Assembly: GCA_964531605.1 (NCBI GenBank)
Contig: CAZHDP010000001.1
Span: 1-35,372, forward strand
Length of the DNA: 35,372 nucleotides
Reading direction: 5' to 3'
Source: an uncultured Burkholderiaceae bacterium
GTDB lineage: Bacteria > Pseudomonadota > Gammaproteobacteria > Burkholderiales > Burkholderiaceae_C
Shown here: positions 17,041 to 24,608 of the stretch, piece by piece
How positions within the stretch are numbered: position 1 is the first letter of the stretch
How the letters are laid out: every line of letters starts with the position of its first letter
Made by a program: the position numbers and the translations under genes
The notes under the pieces: model-generated
Database searches by the model: none
Seen by the model: only the letters and a program-made list of their open reading frames with translations
What the model was told of the DNA's origin: nothing

Positions 17041-18042
17041 ATGGCCCGCCTCCATGCTGCGGTCTCCCATCGCTTGGCGAACGGTATGGCCGCACTGGTG
17101 GTCAGTGCAATCCCCTGGCTGCCCTGCCTGGCGCAGGCCCAAACGACTTACCCCACCAGGCCGATCAAACTGATCGTGCCCGTGGTCGCTGGCGGTGGAG
17201 CAGACGCGGTGGCGCGCATGGTGACCGAGAAAATGTCAGCCACTTTAGGCGTCCCCATCGTGGTCGAAAACAAAGGCGGTGCCTCGGGTTCGATTGCCGC
17301 GATGGAAGTGGCACGTGCCGTGCCAGACGGGCACACGTTGCTGGAATGCTTTGTGGCCACGCACAGCACCAACCCTGCCGTGCTCAACATCAAATACGAC
17401 CCCATTGCTGATTTCGCGCCCGTGGGCATGATGGCCCAAACTGCCAATGTGCTGGTGGTGCCCGAGACCAGCAAAGCCAAGAACCTTCAGGCCTTTTTGG
17501 CCCAAGCCAAAGCCAAGCCCGGGGGCATGAGCTATTCGTCAGCGGGCAACGGATCGGCCACTCACCTGATCATGGCTTACCTTGAGAACCAGGCCCGTGT
17601 GGACCTCATCCACGCGCCCTACAAAGGCGCAGCCCCGGCCATGCAAGATTTGTTAGGCGGGCAGGTGGATGCGATGTTCCCCAGTTTGACCACCGCCCTG
17701 CCGCACATCAAATCGGGCAAGCTGCGGGCGCTGGCCGTGGCCTCAAGCCGCCGTGACCCTTTGATTCCCGATGTCCCCACCGTGGCCGAGCAAGGTTTTG
17801 CCGGATTCAGTGCCATCCAATGGTGGGGGCTGTGTGCACCAGCCAAAACACCGCAACCGGTGATTGCCCGTTTGAACAAAGCGCTGAACGACGCGCTGGC
17901 CTTGCCCGACATCCAGAGCCGCCTGCACGACATGGCGGCGGCACCCTTGCCGCTCACGCCGGTTCAGTTCGGCAGCTTCATCCAGTCCGAAGTGGCCAAG
18001 TGGACGCAGTTGGTGCGGGAGACGCACTTGCAAATCGATTGA
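17041..18042 (+). CDS. Bug/TctC-family periplasmic binding protein
   Basis: The start MARLHAAVSHRL lies 1 nt after the previous stop. The body contains YPTRPIKLIVPVVAGGGADAVARM and APYKGAAP. Confidence 0.85.
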   Translation: MARLHAAVSHRLANGMAALVVSAIPWLPCLAQAQTTYPTRPIKLIVPVVAGGGADAVARMVTEKMSATLGVPIVVENKGGASGSIAAMEVARAVPDGHTLLECFVATHSTNPAVLNIKYDPIADFAPVGMMAQTANVLVVPETSKAKNLQAFLAQAKAKPGGMSYSSAGNGSATHLIMAYLENQARVDLIHAPYKGAAPAMQDLLGGQVDAMFPSLTTALPHIKSGKLRALAVASSRRDPLIPDVPTVAEQGFAGFSAIQWWGLCAPAKTPQPVIARLNKALNDALALPDIQSRLHDMAAAPLPLTPVQFGSFIQSEVAKWTQLVRETHLQID

Positions 18043-18065
18043 GCTCGCAGCGGTAAGCTGACCAC

Positions 18066-18869
18066 TCAAACAAAATTCACGCTCAGGTCGGACAAGGGTT
18101 CGCTGAACTGGGCAGTCCAACGTTCGCCTGCCTGCACAGGCCAAGCGTCTGTCCAGGTGCCGGTGGTGACCACATCCCCCGCCTGCAAATCGGGCGCACC
18201 TGGGCACTGGCGCAACTCGGTCAAGAAATGGTGCAAGGCCCGCAGAGGGCTGTCCAACACGTTGGCTCCCAGGCCGTGTTCAATCACGGTGCCATTTTTC
18301 AAGAGGCTGACTTGTGCCTGCCCCAGCAGGGTGTCCAACTGAGCGGCATCACTCACCAAGTCCCGCACCAGCACTTGGCGCCCCACCAGCAGGCGGGCAT
18401 GCAAGCCACTGTCGGCCACGCTGGCCGCTGCGGTGAATTTCCAATCCGGCAGATGGGATTGAACCACCTCAAAACCAGGCGCCATCCACTCAATGGCGTC
18501 AAACAGCTGGTCGAGTGTGGCGTTCGGTGCAGGTGTCGCGCGCAGGCCAAACACGGCTTCTGGTTCGATGCGGGGTTGGCAGCTGGGCGTCAATGACACC
18601 TGTGCCTCTGCACAGCCCGAGGTGGGCACATGCACCAAGGTGCTGTCCCACACGGTTCCCCATATCGGCGCAAACACGTTGTAACGCGGCCAGATCTTGC
18701 GGTTGGTGAAACCGATCTTGAAGCCTCGGGCGTGCTCGCCACGCGCCAAGCGCAGCGCGCGCACTTGCAACGCAGTTTGGTAGGCGGCCTCCACCGTCAC
18801 GGTGGTTGGCAAGGCGGCTTCCCACAACTGGCCGTTGTCGATGTGTGCCAGCAGCGTGTGAGGGGTCAT
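18066..18869 (-). CDS. 2-keto-4-pentenoate hydratase / 2-oxohepta-3-ene-1,7-dioate hydratase family (FAH fold, MhpD/HpcG-like)
   Basis: MTPHTLLAHIDNGQ...GFKIGFTNRKIWPRY. The start overlaps the upstream stop as ATGA. Confidence 0.65.
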   Translation of the reverse strand: MTPHTLLAHIDNGQLWEAALPTTVTVEAAYQTALQVRALRLARGEHARGFKIGFTNRKIWPRYNVFAPIWGTVWDSTLVHVPTSGCAEAQVSLTPSCQPRIEPEAVFGLRATPAPNATLDQLFDAIEWMAPGFEVVQSHLPDWKFTAAASVADSGLHARLLVGRQVLVRDLVSDAAQLDTLLGQAQVSLLKNGTVIEHGLGANVLDSPLRALHHFLTELRQCPGAPDLQAGDVVTTGTWTDAWPVQAGERWTAQFSEPLSDLSVNFV

Positions 18870-20086
18870 GCCTGCTCCGCAGCTTTGATGACTTCCACCG
18901 CGAGGTGGAAGGACGTGAGTGCGGCGGGGATGCCGCAATAGATGGCGGAATGCATCAACAGCTCGCGCAGTTGTTCGGGCGTCACGCCATTGTTGAGGCT
19001 GCCGCGCAAGTGCAGTTTGAGCTCGTCGTTGCGGTTCAATGCGATCAGCATGGCGATGGTGATCATCGAGCGGGTGTGGCGGTCCAGGCCCGGTCGGGTC
19101 CAGATTTCGCCCCAGGCATGCCGTGTCACGATGTCTTGAAACTCGCGCGTGAAGTCGGTGCGGCGGGCCAGCGATTGGTCCACGTACTCGTCGCCCAGCA
19201 CCGCGCGACGGGTCAACAAGCCCGCTTCAAACCGCGCGGCTTCTTGCATGCCGCCGCCGTTGAGGAAGTCCATCAACGCGACCGTGAATGCACCCGCTTG
19301 CTCCCAGTTCGACAAGTGGGCCGCGTCCAGTTCGACGTGCCGTGCGCCGTTGATGCGTTTGGCGATGTCGCGCCCCAAATCGGGTGGCGTCGAGCCATCA
19401 TGGCGGCCCGAGATGACCAGGGTGGGCACATCAATGCGGCTGATGGCCTCGGTCAAATCCATGTCGCGGATCGCGATCACATTGGCTTCGTAGCCTTTGG
19501 CAGGGGTGTTGAGCAACATCGTGCGGACCCGTTCCACGGCGGGTGCTGCACGGCGCTGGTAGCGTGGTGTGAACCAGCGGTCGATGACCGGGGGCGTCAT
19601 GCCTGCCATGCCCTCGCGGGCGAGCAAGGCCAAGCGGCCATTCCACAATTCTGCGGTGCCCAATTTGCTGGCGGTGTTGCACAGCACCAAATGGCGAAAG
19701 CGGTGCGGGTGGTTGACGCCCAGCCACATGCCCGTCATGCCACCCATCGACAAGCCACAGAAATCCACGCGCTGCAGGCCCAGGTGGTCTAACAAGGCAA
19801 TGGCGTCTTGGCCCAGTTGGTCGATGCTGTAAGGGCCGTCGGGCACGTCAGATTGACCATGCCCGCGCGTGTCGTAACGCAGCACCCGGAACTGCGTCAG
19901 CAGCGTGGACATTTGCGGGTCCCACATCGCCAGCGACGTGCCCAACGAGTTGCACAGCATCAACACCGAGGCGTCTGGATCGCCTTCAAGCCGGTAATGC
20001 AATTGGATGTTGTTGACGGTGGCGAAAGTGGCTTGCTCGGTCATGGTGTGGTGGATGTGGTGGATGTGGTGGGTGAGAGGTGTCAT
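18866..20086 (-). CDS. pcaL: Fused 3-oxoadipate enol-lactonase (alpha/beta hydrolase) and 4-carboxymuconolactone decarboxylase (PcaD-PcaC, PcaL-like)
   Basis: The N-terminal half is alpha/beta hydrolase (LMLCNSLGTSLAMWDPQ, GLSMGG). The C-terminal half is a CMD domain (TRHAWGEIWTRPGLDRHTRSMITIAMLIAL). The start is either the ATG at 20086 (ATGA overlap with the Bug stop, which adds THHIHHIHHT) or the ATG at 20044 (MTEQATF). Confidence 0.8.
   Translation of the reverse strand: MTPLTHHIHHIHHTMTEQATFATVNNIQLHYRLEGDPDASVLMLCNSLGTSLAMWDPQMSTLLTQFRVLRYDTRGHGQSDVPDGPYSIDQLGQDAIALLDHLGLQRVDFCGLSMGGMTGMWLGVNHPHRFRHLVLCNTASKLGTAELWNGRLALLAREGMAGMTPPVIDRWFTPRYQRRAAPAVERVRTMLLNTPAKGYEANVIAIRDMDLTEAISRIDVPTLVISGRHDGSTPPDLGRDIAKRINGARHVELDAAHLSNWEQAGAFTVALMDFLNGGGMQEAARFEAGLLTRRAVLGDEYVDQSLARRTDFTREFQDIVTRHAWGEIWTRPGLDRHTRSMITIAMLIALNRNDELKLHLRGSLNNGVTPEQLRELLMHSAIYCGIPAALTSFHLAVEVIKAAEQA
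20048..20074. repeat. 9-bp tandem repeat x3 (gtggtggat gtggtggat gtggtgggt)
   Basis: Read directly. On the minus strand it encodes T-HH-I-HH-I-HH-T if the longer pcaL start is used. Confidence 0.8.
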
Positions 20087-21090
20087 TCTGGCTTGATGCC
20101 CGCGTCGCGCACGACCTTGCCCCACTTGGCCAGCTCATCTTTGAGCAAAGTGGCCAACTCTTGGGGTGTGCTGGTCACAGGTTGCATGCCGAGCAGGGTG
20201 AAGCGTTCTTTGATGTCGGGGCTTTGCATGACCTTGATCAGCTCAGCGCGCAGGCGATCCACGATGGGTTGCGGTGTGCCTTTGGCGAGAAAGAAGGCGA
20301 GCCAGATTACCGTTTCGTAACCAGGGACACCAGACTCTGCGATGGTCGGTAAGTTAGGCAAATCGGGGTCGCGTTTGAGGCTGGCGATGCCCAGCGGTTT
20401 GACGCGCCCAGCTTTCATGTTGGGCACGGCCGATGAGTACGCGTCAAACATCACTTGCACATGGCCTGCGATCAAATCTTGCGCGGCAGGCGCTGCACCC
20501 TTGTACGGTACGTGCACCCATTCAATGCCCGTTTGGGAGCGGAACAGCTCTGCGCCCAAATGGTAGGTGCTGCCAATGCCTGAAGAGGCATAAGACAGCT
20601 TGTTGGGATTGGCTTTGGCGTACACGATCAACTCTTTCACCGAGTTGACGGGCACAGAAGGGTGCACCACCAGGATGTTGTCGATGGTGGCCACCATGCT
20701 CACGGGCACAAAGTCTTTGACCGGGTCATAGCGCAGATTGGTGCTGAGGTTGGGGTTGGCCGCCATCATGCTGCTGGTGCCCAGCAGGATGGTTTGCCCG
20801 TCGGGGGCTGACTTGGCTACCAATTCGGCACCGATGCCACCCGTGGCACCCAAACGGTTGTCCACCACCACCGTTTGCTTCAACGCCTCGGCCAGGCGTG
20901 GCGCAATGACCCGGGCGATCACGTCGGTGGGCCCACCGGCTGAGAATGGCACGATGATCCTCACCGCTTTGTCGCTGCTGGTTTGAGCCCAGACCGTGGT
21001 GCAGACCAGCGGTACCAAGGCCAGGGCCCACAAGGGGGTGAAGAGGGCGGTACGAATGGCATTGCCAATGCGCAGGTGAAACGGGGTCAT
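20083..21090 (-). CDS. Bug/TctC-family periplasmic binding protein
   Basis: Within ORF 20083..21144, the likely start is MTPFHLRIGNAIRTALFTPLWALALVPLVCTTVWAQ. The body contains VRIIVPFSAGGPTDVIARV and VPYKGAAP. Confidence 0.85.
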   Translation of the reverse strand: MTPFHLRIGNAIRTALFTPLWALALVPLVCTTVWAQTSSDKAVRIIVPFSAGGPTDVIARVIAPRLAEALKQTVVVDNRLGATGGIGAELVAKSAPDGQTILLGTSSMMAANPNLSTNLRYDPVKDFVPVSMVATIDNILVVHPSVPVNSVKELIVYAKANPNKLSYASSGIGSTYHLGAELFRSQTGIEWVHVPYKGAAPAAQDLIAGHVQVMFDAYSSAVPNMKAGRVKPLGIASLKRDPDLPNLPTIAESGVPGYETVIWLAFFLAKGTPQPIVDRLRAELIKVMQSPDIKERFTLLGMQPVTSTPQELATLLKDELAKWGKVVRDAGIKPE

Positions 21091-21204
21091 GCGGGCAACC
21101 TGTTGTTGGAGTGATCGGATCACCAATCTAACAAAGTTTGACACTCTAGGTAAGCGTGCTAACCATGAGGCGCTTGGCGCAACAGGCCGAGCCCTGCAAG
21201 CGCG

Positions 21205-21972
21205 TCAGCGCAGCCCCGACACCAGGGGTGACGCCAGCTTGACGCCTTGGGTTTGCCAAAAGGCGGGGTCGGCCATTTCAATGCGCACGATGGCGTTGTC
21301 CATGTGCCGTGCGGCAGCGGCGCGTGCGGCTTGAGGGTCGGCGGCTTCTATGGCGCGCGCAATCGCTTCATGCTCGTCACTGACTTGCTCGGCAAAATCG
21401 GTGCGACGGGCTTCATTGGCCCGCGTCACGCGGGTGGCGCCCTGCAGGAACTGCCCCAGGTATTGCAGCGTACCAATCAAAAAGGGGTTGCGCGCCGCGT
21501 CGGCAATGGCGCGGTGGTATTGCACATCTTCATCCACACCATCGCCACCTGCCCGCACCGCGGCTTCGAGCGCCACGATGGACGCTCGGATGCGCTTCAA
21601 GTCGGTGGCGGTGCGGCGCTGTGCAGCCAGGCCAGCCACTTCAGCCTCCAAGGCGCGGCGCACCTCCACCATTTGAATCACAGCCTGTTTGGACACCGCG
21701 AATTTCGGGTCAAAGTTCAGCGGCGAAAAACCGGCATCCAACACATACACACCGCTGCCTTGGCGCGAGTCCACCAAGCCCAGTGACTTGAGCCGTGACA
21801 CCGCTTCGCGGATGACCGTGCGGCTCACAGAAAACTGTGTCACCAACGAGGCCTCGGTCGGCAGCTTGTCGCCCGCGACCAACCTGCCTGCACGGATCTC
21901 CGTCGCCAAAGCGTCCGCCACCTGATCGGACAGGCGTGCGCTGGGGGTGATGATTTTGAATTGGGTGGCCAT
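21205..21972 (-). CDS. GntR-family transcriptional regulator, FadR subfamily (FCD C-terminal domain)
   Basis: MATQFKIITPSARLSDQVADALATEIRAGRLVAGDKLPTEASLVTQFSVSRTVIREAVSRLKSLGLV is a winged HTH. It is followed by an all-helical FCD-like domain. Confidence 0.85.
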   Translation of the reverse strand: MATQFKIITPSARLSDQVADALATEIRAGRLVAGDKLPTEASLVTQFSVSRTVIREAVSRLKSLGLVDSRQGSGVYVLDAGFSPLNFDPKFAVSKQAVIQMVEVRRALEAEVAGLAAQRRTATDLKRIRASIVALEAAVRAGGDGVDEDVQYHRAIADAARNPFLIGTLQYLGQFLQGATRVTRANEARRTDFAEQVSDEHEAIARAIEAADPQAARAAAARHMDNAIVRIEMADPAFWQTQGVKLASPLVSGLR

Positions 21973-22034
21973 GGCGTGAAAATTTATCATACAACTTCTG
22001 TTTGTCTGTCTTTGCAGACCCCGCGGCACCTTGG

Positions 22035-22063
22035 GTGACAGCCGTGGCGCTGCTGCCTATACT
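22035..22063 (+). promoter_or_regulatory. Predicted sigma70 promoter for the DUF2384 gene
   Basis: GTGACA (22035-22040), a 17-nt spacer, then TATACT (22058-22063). Two small hairpins lie in the leader before the AGGAG RBS. Confidence 0.45.
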
Positions 22064-22109
22064 GGCCTGAACCAAGCCAGGCAGGGTCTCTGGCTTGTCA
22101 GGAGTAGCC

Positions 22110-22520
22110 ATGTCCGACCAGCCTGCCCGCCCCAAAACCCCGCCCTCAAAACCCACGTCCCCGAAGCCCGCGCCGGACTGGGGCAGCTTGCCTGTCAGTG
22201 GTGGGTCATTGGGCGCGTTGGACCCGATCAGTGGGGTGTCCCGCGTGCGCCCGGTGTCGTTGATGCGCACCGGCACCGTCAGTGAGCGGCGCAGCAGTGC
22301 CCCACCCCCATCGCCTTCGCCCGCCCCAGGCCACGACGCCGCACACCTCAATCAAGTGGCCCATGTCCTCGAAATGGCCCAACTGGTCCTGGGCAGCGAG
22401 GCCGCCGCTCTGACTTGGCTGAAGGCGCCGCACGTGGCCCTGGGCGGGCTGGCGCCGATGAATGTGATGGCCTCCGACGCGGGGGCTGCCCAGGTTTTGC
22501 GCTTGCTCGACAAAATGTGA
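22110..22520 (+). CDS. DUF2384 (Xre/MbcA/ParS antitoxin C-terminal toxin-binding domain) protein with Pro-rich N-terminus
   Basis: The start MSDQPARPKTPPSKPTSPKP is preceded by AGGAG. The C-terminus AQLVLGSEAAALTWLKAPHVALGGLAPMNVMASDAGAAQVLRLLDKM matches the DUF2384 signature. Confidence 0.65.
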   Translation: MSDQPARPKTPPSKPTSPKPAPDWGSLPVSGGSLGALDPISGVSRVRPVSLMRTGTVSERRSSAPPPSPSPAPGHDAAHLNQVAHVLEMAQLVLGSEAAALTWLKAPHVALGGLAPMNVMASDAGAAQVLRLLDKM

Positions 22521-22543
22521 ATGTCGTTTTAGAATTACGATTA

Positions 22544-22559
22544 GGTAAATCGATTTACC
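22544..22559. promoter_or_regulatory. Perfect 16-bp palindrome GGTAAATCGATTTACC (candidate operator), 24 nt upstream of the monooxygenase ATG
   Basis: Read directly. Flanking bases extend it to an imperfect ~33-bp dyad (ttacgattAGGTAAATCGATTTACCaatagtaa) in an AT-rich spacer. Confidence 0.6.
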
Positions 22560-22582
22560 AATAGTAAATTTGGAGACAACGC

Positions 22583-24277
22583 ATGGGTGCCTACATCAAC
22601 CCGACCTACCCTTACCGCGCACCGACCGGTTTGCGCGCGGATCCACCTCAACGCCGACCGTTGATCATCGTGGGCGCAGGCCCCGTGGGTTTGGCTGCCG
22701 CCATCGATGCCCGCTTGCAAGGCCTGGACGTGCTGCTGTTTGACGAAGACAAAACCGTATCGGTCGGCTCGCGAGCGGTCTGCTACGCCAAGCGTTCGTT
22801 GGAAATTCTGGACCGATTGGGTTTGGGCGAGGTGGCGTGCCGCAAAGGCGTGAGTTGGAACGTGGGCCGCACCTTCATGGAAGAAGACGAGGTCTACCAG
22901 TTCAACCTCGTGCCTGACGCTGGTCACAAACGCCCCGGCATGATCAACCTGCAGCAATACCACTTGGAGGAGATGCTGATCGCCCGTGCGCTGGCGCTCG
23001 GGGCCGACATGCGCTGGCAGCACAAAGTGATCTCTGTCCAGCCGCTCGATAGCGGCGCGCTGTTGCGTGTCGAAACGCCCGATGGCGTGTTCGACATCGA
23101 GGCCGACTGGTTGGTCGTGGCCGATGGTGCACGCAGCCCCATCCGCAGGCAAATGGGGCTCGACATCGAAGGCCGCATCTTCATGGACCGCTTCTTGATT
23201 GCCGACGTGATCATGAAGGCCGACTACCCTGCCGAGCGTTGGTTTTGGTTTGACCCGCCTTTCCACCCAGGGCAAAGCGTTTTGCTGCACAAGCAGAGCG
23301 ACAACGTTTGGCGCATTGACTTCCAGTTGGGTTGGGATGCCGACCCTGAGGAAGAAAAAAAGCCCGAGAAGGTCATTCCCCGCTTGCAGGCCATGCTCGG
23401 CGACGACCGCCCGTTTGAGTTGGAGTGGGTGAGCATCTACACCTTTCAATGCCGCCGCATGAAAGACTTTCGCCATGGGCGCGTGCTGTTTGTGGGCGAT
23501 GCCGCCCATCAGGTGTCACCCTTTGGCGCGCGGGGTGCGAACTCGGGCTTTCAAGACACCGACGACCTGATGTGGAAGCTGGCCCTGGTGATCCAAGGTC
23601 AGGCTCCCGAGCGCCTGCTCAACAGCTACAGCGCTGACCGCACCTACGCTGCCGATGAAAACATTTTGAACTCGACCCGCTCGACCGACTTCATCACCCC
23701 CAAGAGCCGCGTGAGCCGCACCTTCCGCAACGCGGTGCTGGACTTGGCGCGTGAGCACACCTTTGCCCGCAAGCTGGTGAACTCGGGGCGCTTGTCGATG
23801 CCCTCGTTCTTGACCCAGTCCGCCCTCAACACCGCAGACCGTGACGAGTTCACCGGCAACATGGTGCCAGGGGCGCCAATGGACGATGCCCCTGTGCAAG
23901 TGATGCAGGCGGGGTCGCAAAGCGCCCAGTGGTCAGACGCTTGGTTGCTGGACCAACTGGGCAACCGCTTTCAACTCCTGTACTTTGTGGACGATGCGGC
24001 CACGCTTGAAAGCACCACCCTCAACGCCTTGCACAGCCTGGCGCAAGACCGCTTGCCTGTGCAGGTGCTGCTGATCACCGAGCGACCTGTCGCGGTCAAT
24101 GGCTTGCCGGTCATTGTGGACGCCCAAGGCTTGATGGCCCGCCGATGTGATGCCCGCCCAGGCACCGCTTATCTGATGCGCCCTGACCAACACGTGGCAG
24201 CCCGCTGGCATGCGTTGGACCTGCCAGCCATCCGAGCCGCCGTGCTGCGTGCCACGGCCCACGAAACAGACCACTGA
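22583..24277 (+). CDS. FAD-dependent aromatic-ring hydroxylase (PheA/TfdB/MhpA family) with C-terminal thioredoxin-like domain
   Basis: The dinucleotide fold is LIIVGAGPVGLAAAIDA. DG and GD motifs are present (VADGARSPIR, LFVGDAAHQVSPFGARGANSG). GGAGA RBS. Confidence 0.8.
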   Translation: MGAYINPTYPYRAPTGLRADPPQRRPLIIVGAGPVGLAAAIDARLQGLDVLLFDEDKTVSVGSRAVCYAKRSLEILDRLGLGEVACRKGVSWNVGRTFMEEDEVYQFNLVPDAGHKRPGMINLQQYHLEEMLIARALALGADMRWQHKVISVQPLDSGALLRVETPDGVFDIEADWLVVADGARSPIRRQMGLDIEGRIFMDRFLIADVIMKADYPAERWFWFDPPFHPGQSVLLHKQSDNVWRIDFQLGWDADPEEEKKPEKVIPRLQAMLGDDRPFELEWVSIYTFQCRRMKDFRHGRVLFVGDAAHQVSPFGARGANSGFQDTDDLMWKLALVIQGQAPERLLNSYSADRTYAADENILNSTRSTDFITPKSRVSRTFRNAVLDLAREHTFARKLVNSGRLSMPSFLTQSALNTADRDEFTGNMVPGAPMDDAPVQVMQAGSQSAQWSDAWLLDQLGNRFQLLYFVDDAATLESTTLNALHSLAQDRLPVQVLLITERPVAVNGLPVIVDAQGLMARRCDARPGTAYLMRPDQHVAARWHALDLPAIRAAVLRATAHETDH

Positions 24278-24295
24278 GCGACCAGAGGATCTCCC

Positions 24296-24547
24296 ATGCA
24301 AAAAGCCCTGAATCCAGACGCGGCCACGCTGACGTTGACGCCGAATTTGAACGAGCCCGGCAAGCGCTACTTCCGTGATTTCACCCCGGGTGATGACTTC
24401 TACGAAGCGCTGATCGAGATGCACCAAGGCCTCAGTGACGAAGACAGCGAGCGCGTGAATGCCCGCCTCATCTTGCTGCTGGCCAACCACATTGGCGACA
24501 TCCGTGTGCTGCGCGAAGCCATGCGCTTGGCGCGTGGCAATCCGTGA
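24296..24547 (+). CDS. DUF2783-like small protein
   Basis: 83 aa containing YEALIEMHQGLSDEDSERVNARLILLLANHIGD. As I recall, this family typically follows this monooxygenase subfamily. Confidence 0.6.
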   Translation: MQKALNPDAATLTLTPNLNEPGKRYFRDFTPGDDFYEALIEMHQGLSDEDSERVNARLILLLANHIGDIRVLREAMRLARGNP

Positions 24548-24608
24548 GCCGCCGTATCCCGCACCTTCACCCTCACCCTCACTTTTCCCCCAATCTTGAG
24601 GACACCCC

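Noticed and set aside
21111-21123. The palindrome GTGATCGGATCAC upstream of the Bug/pcaL-like operon, considered as a GntR operator
   Set aside because: It is short (6-bp arms), could arise by chance, and shares nothing with the much stronger dyad at 22544. I noted it but did not call it.
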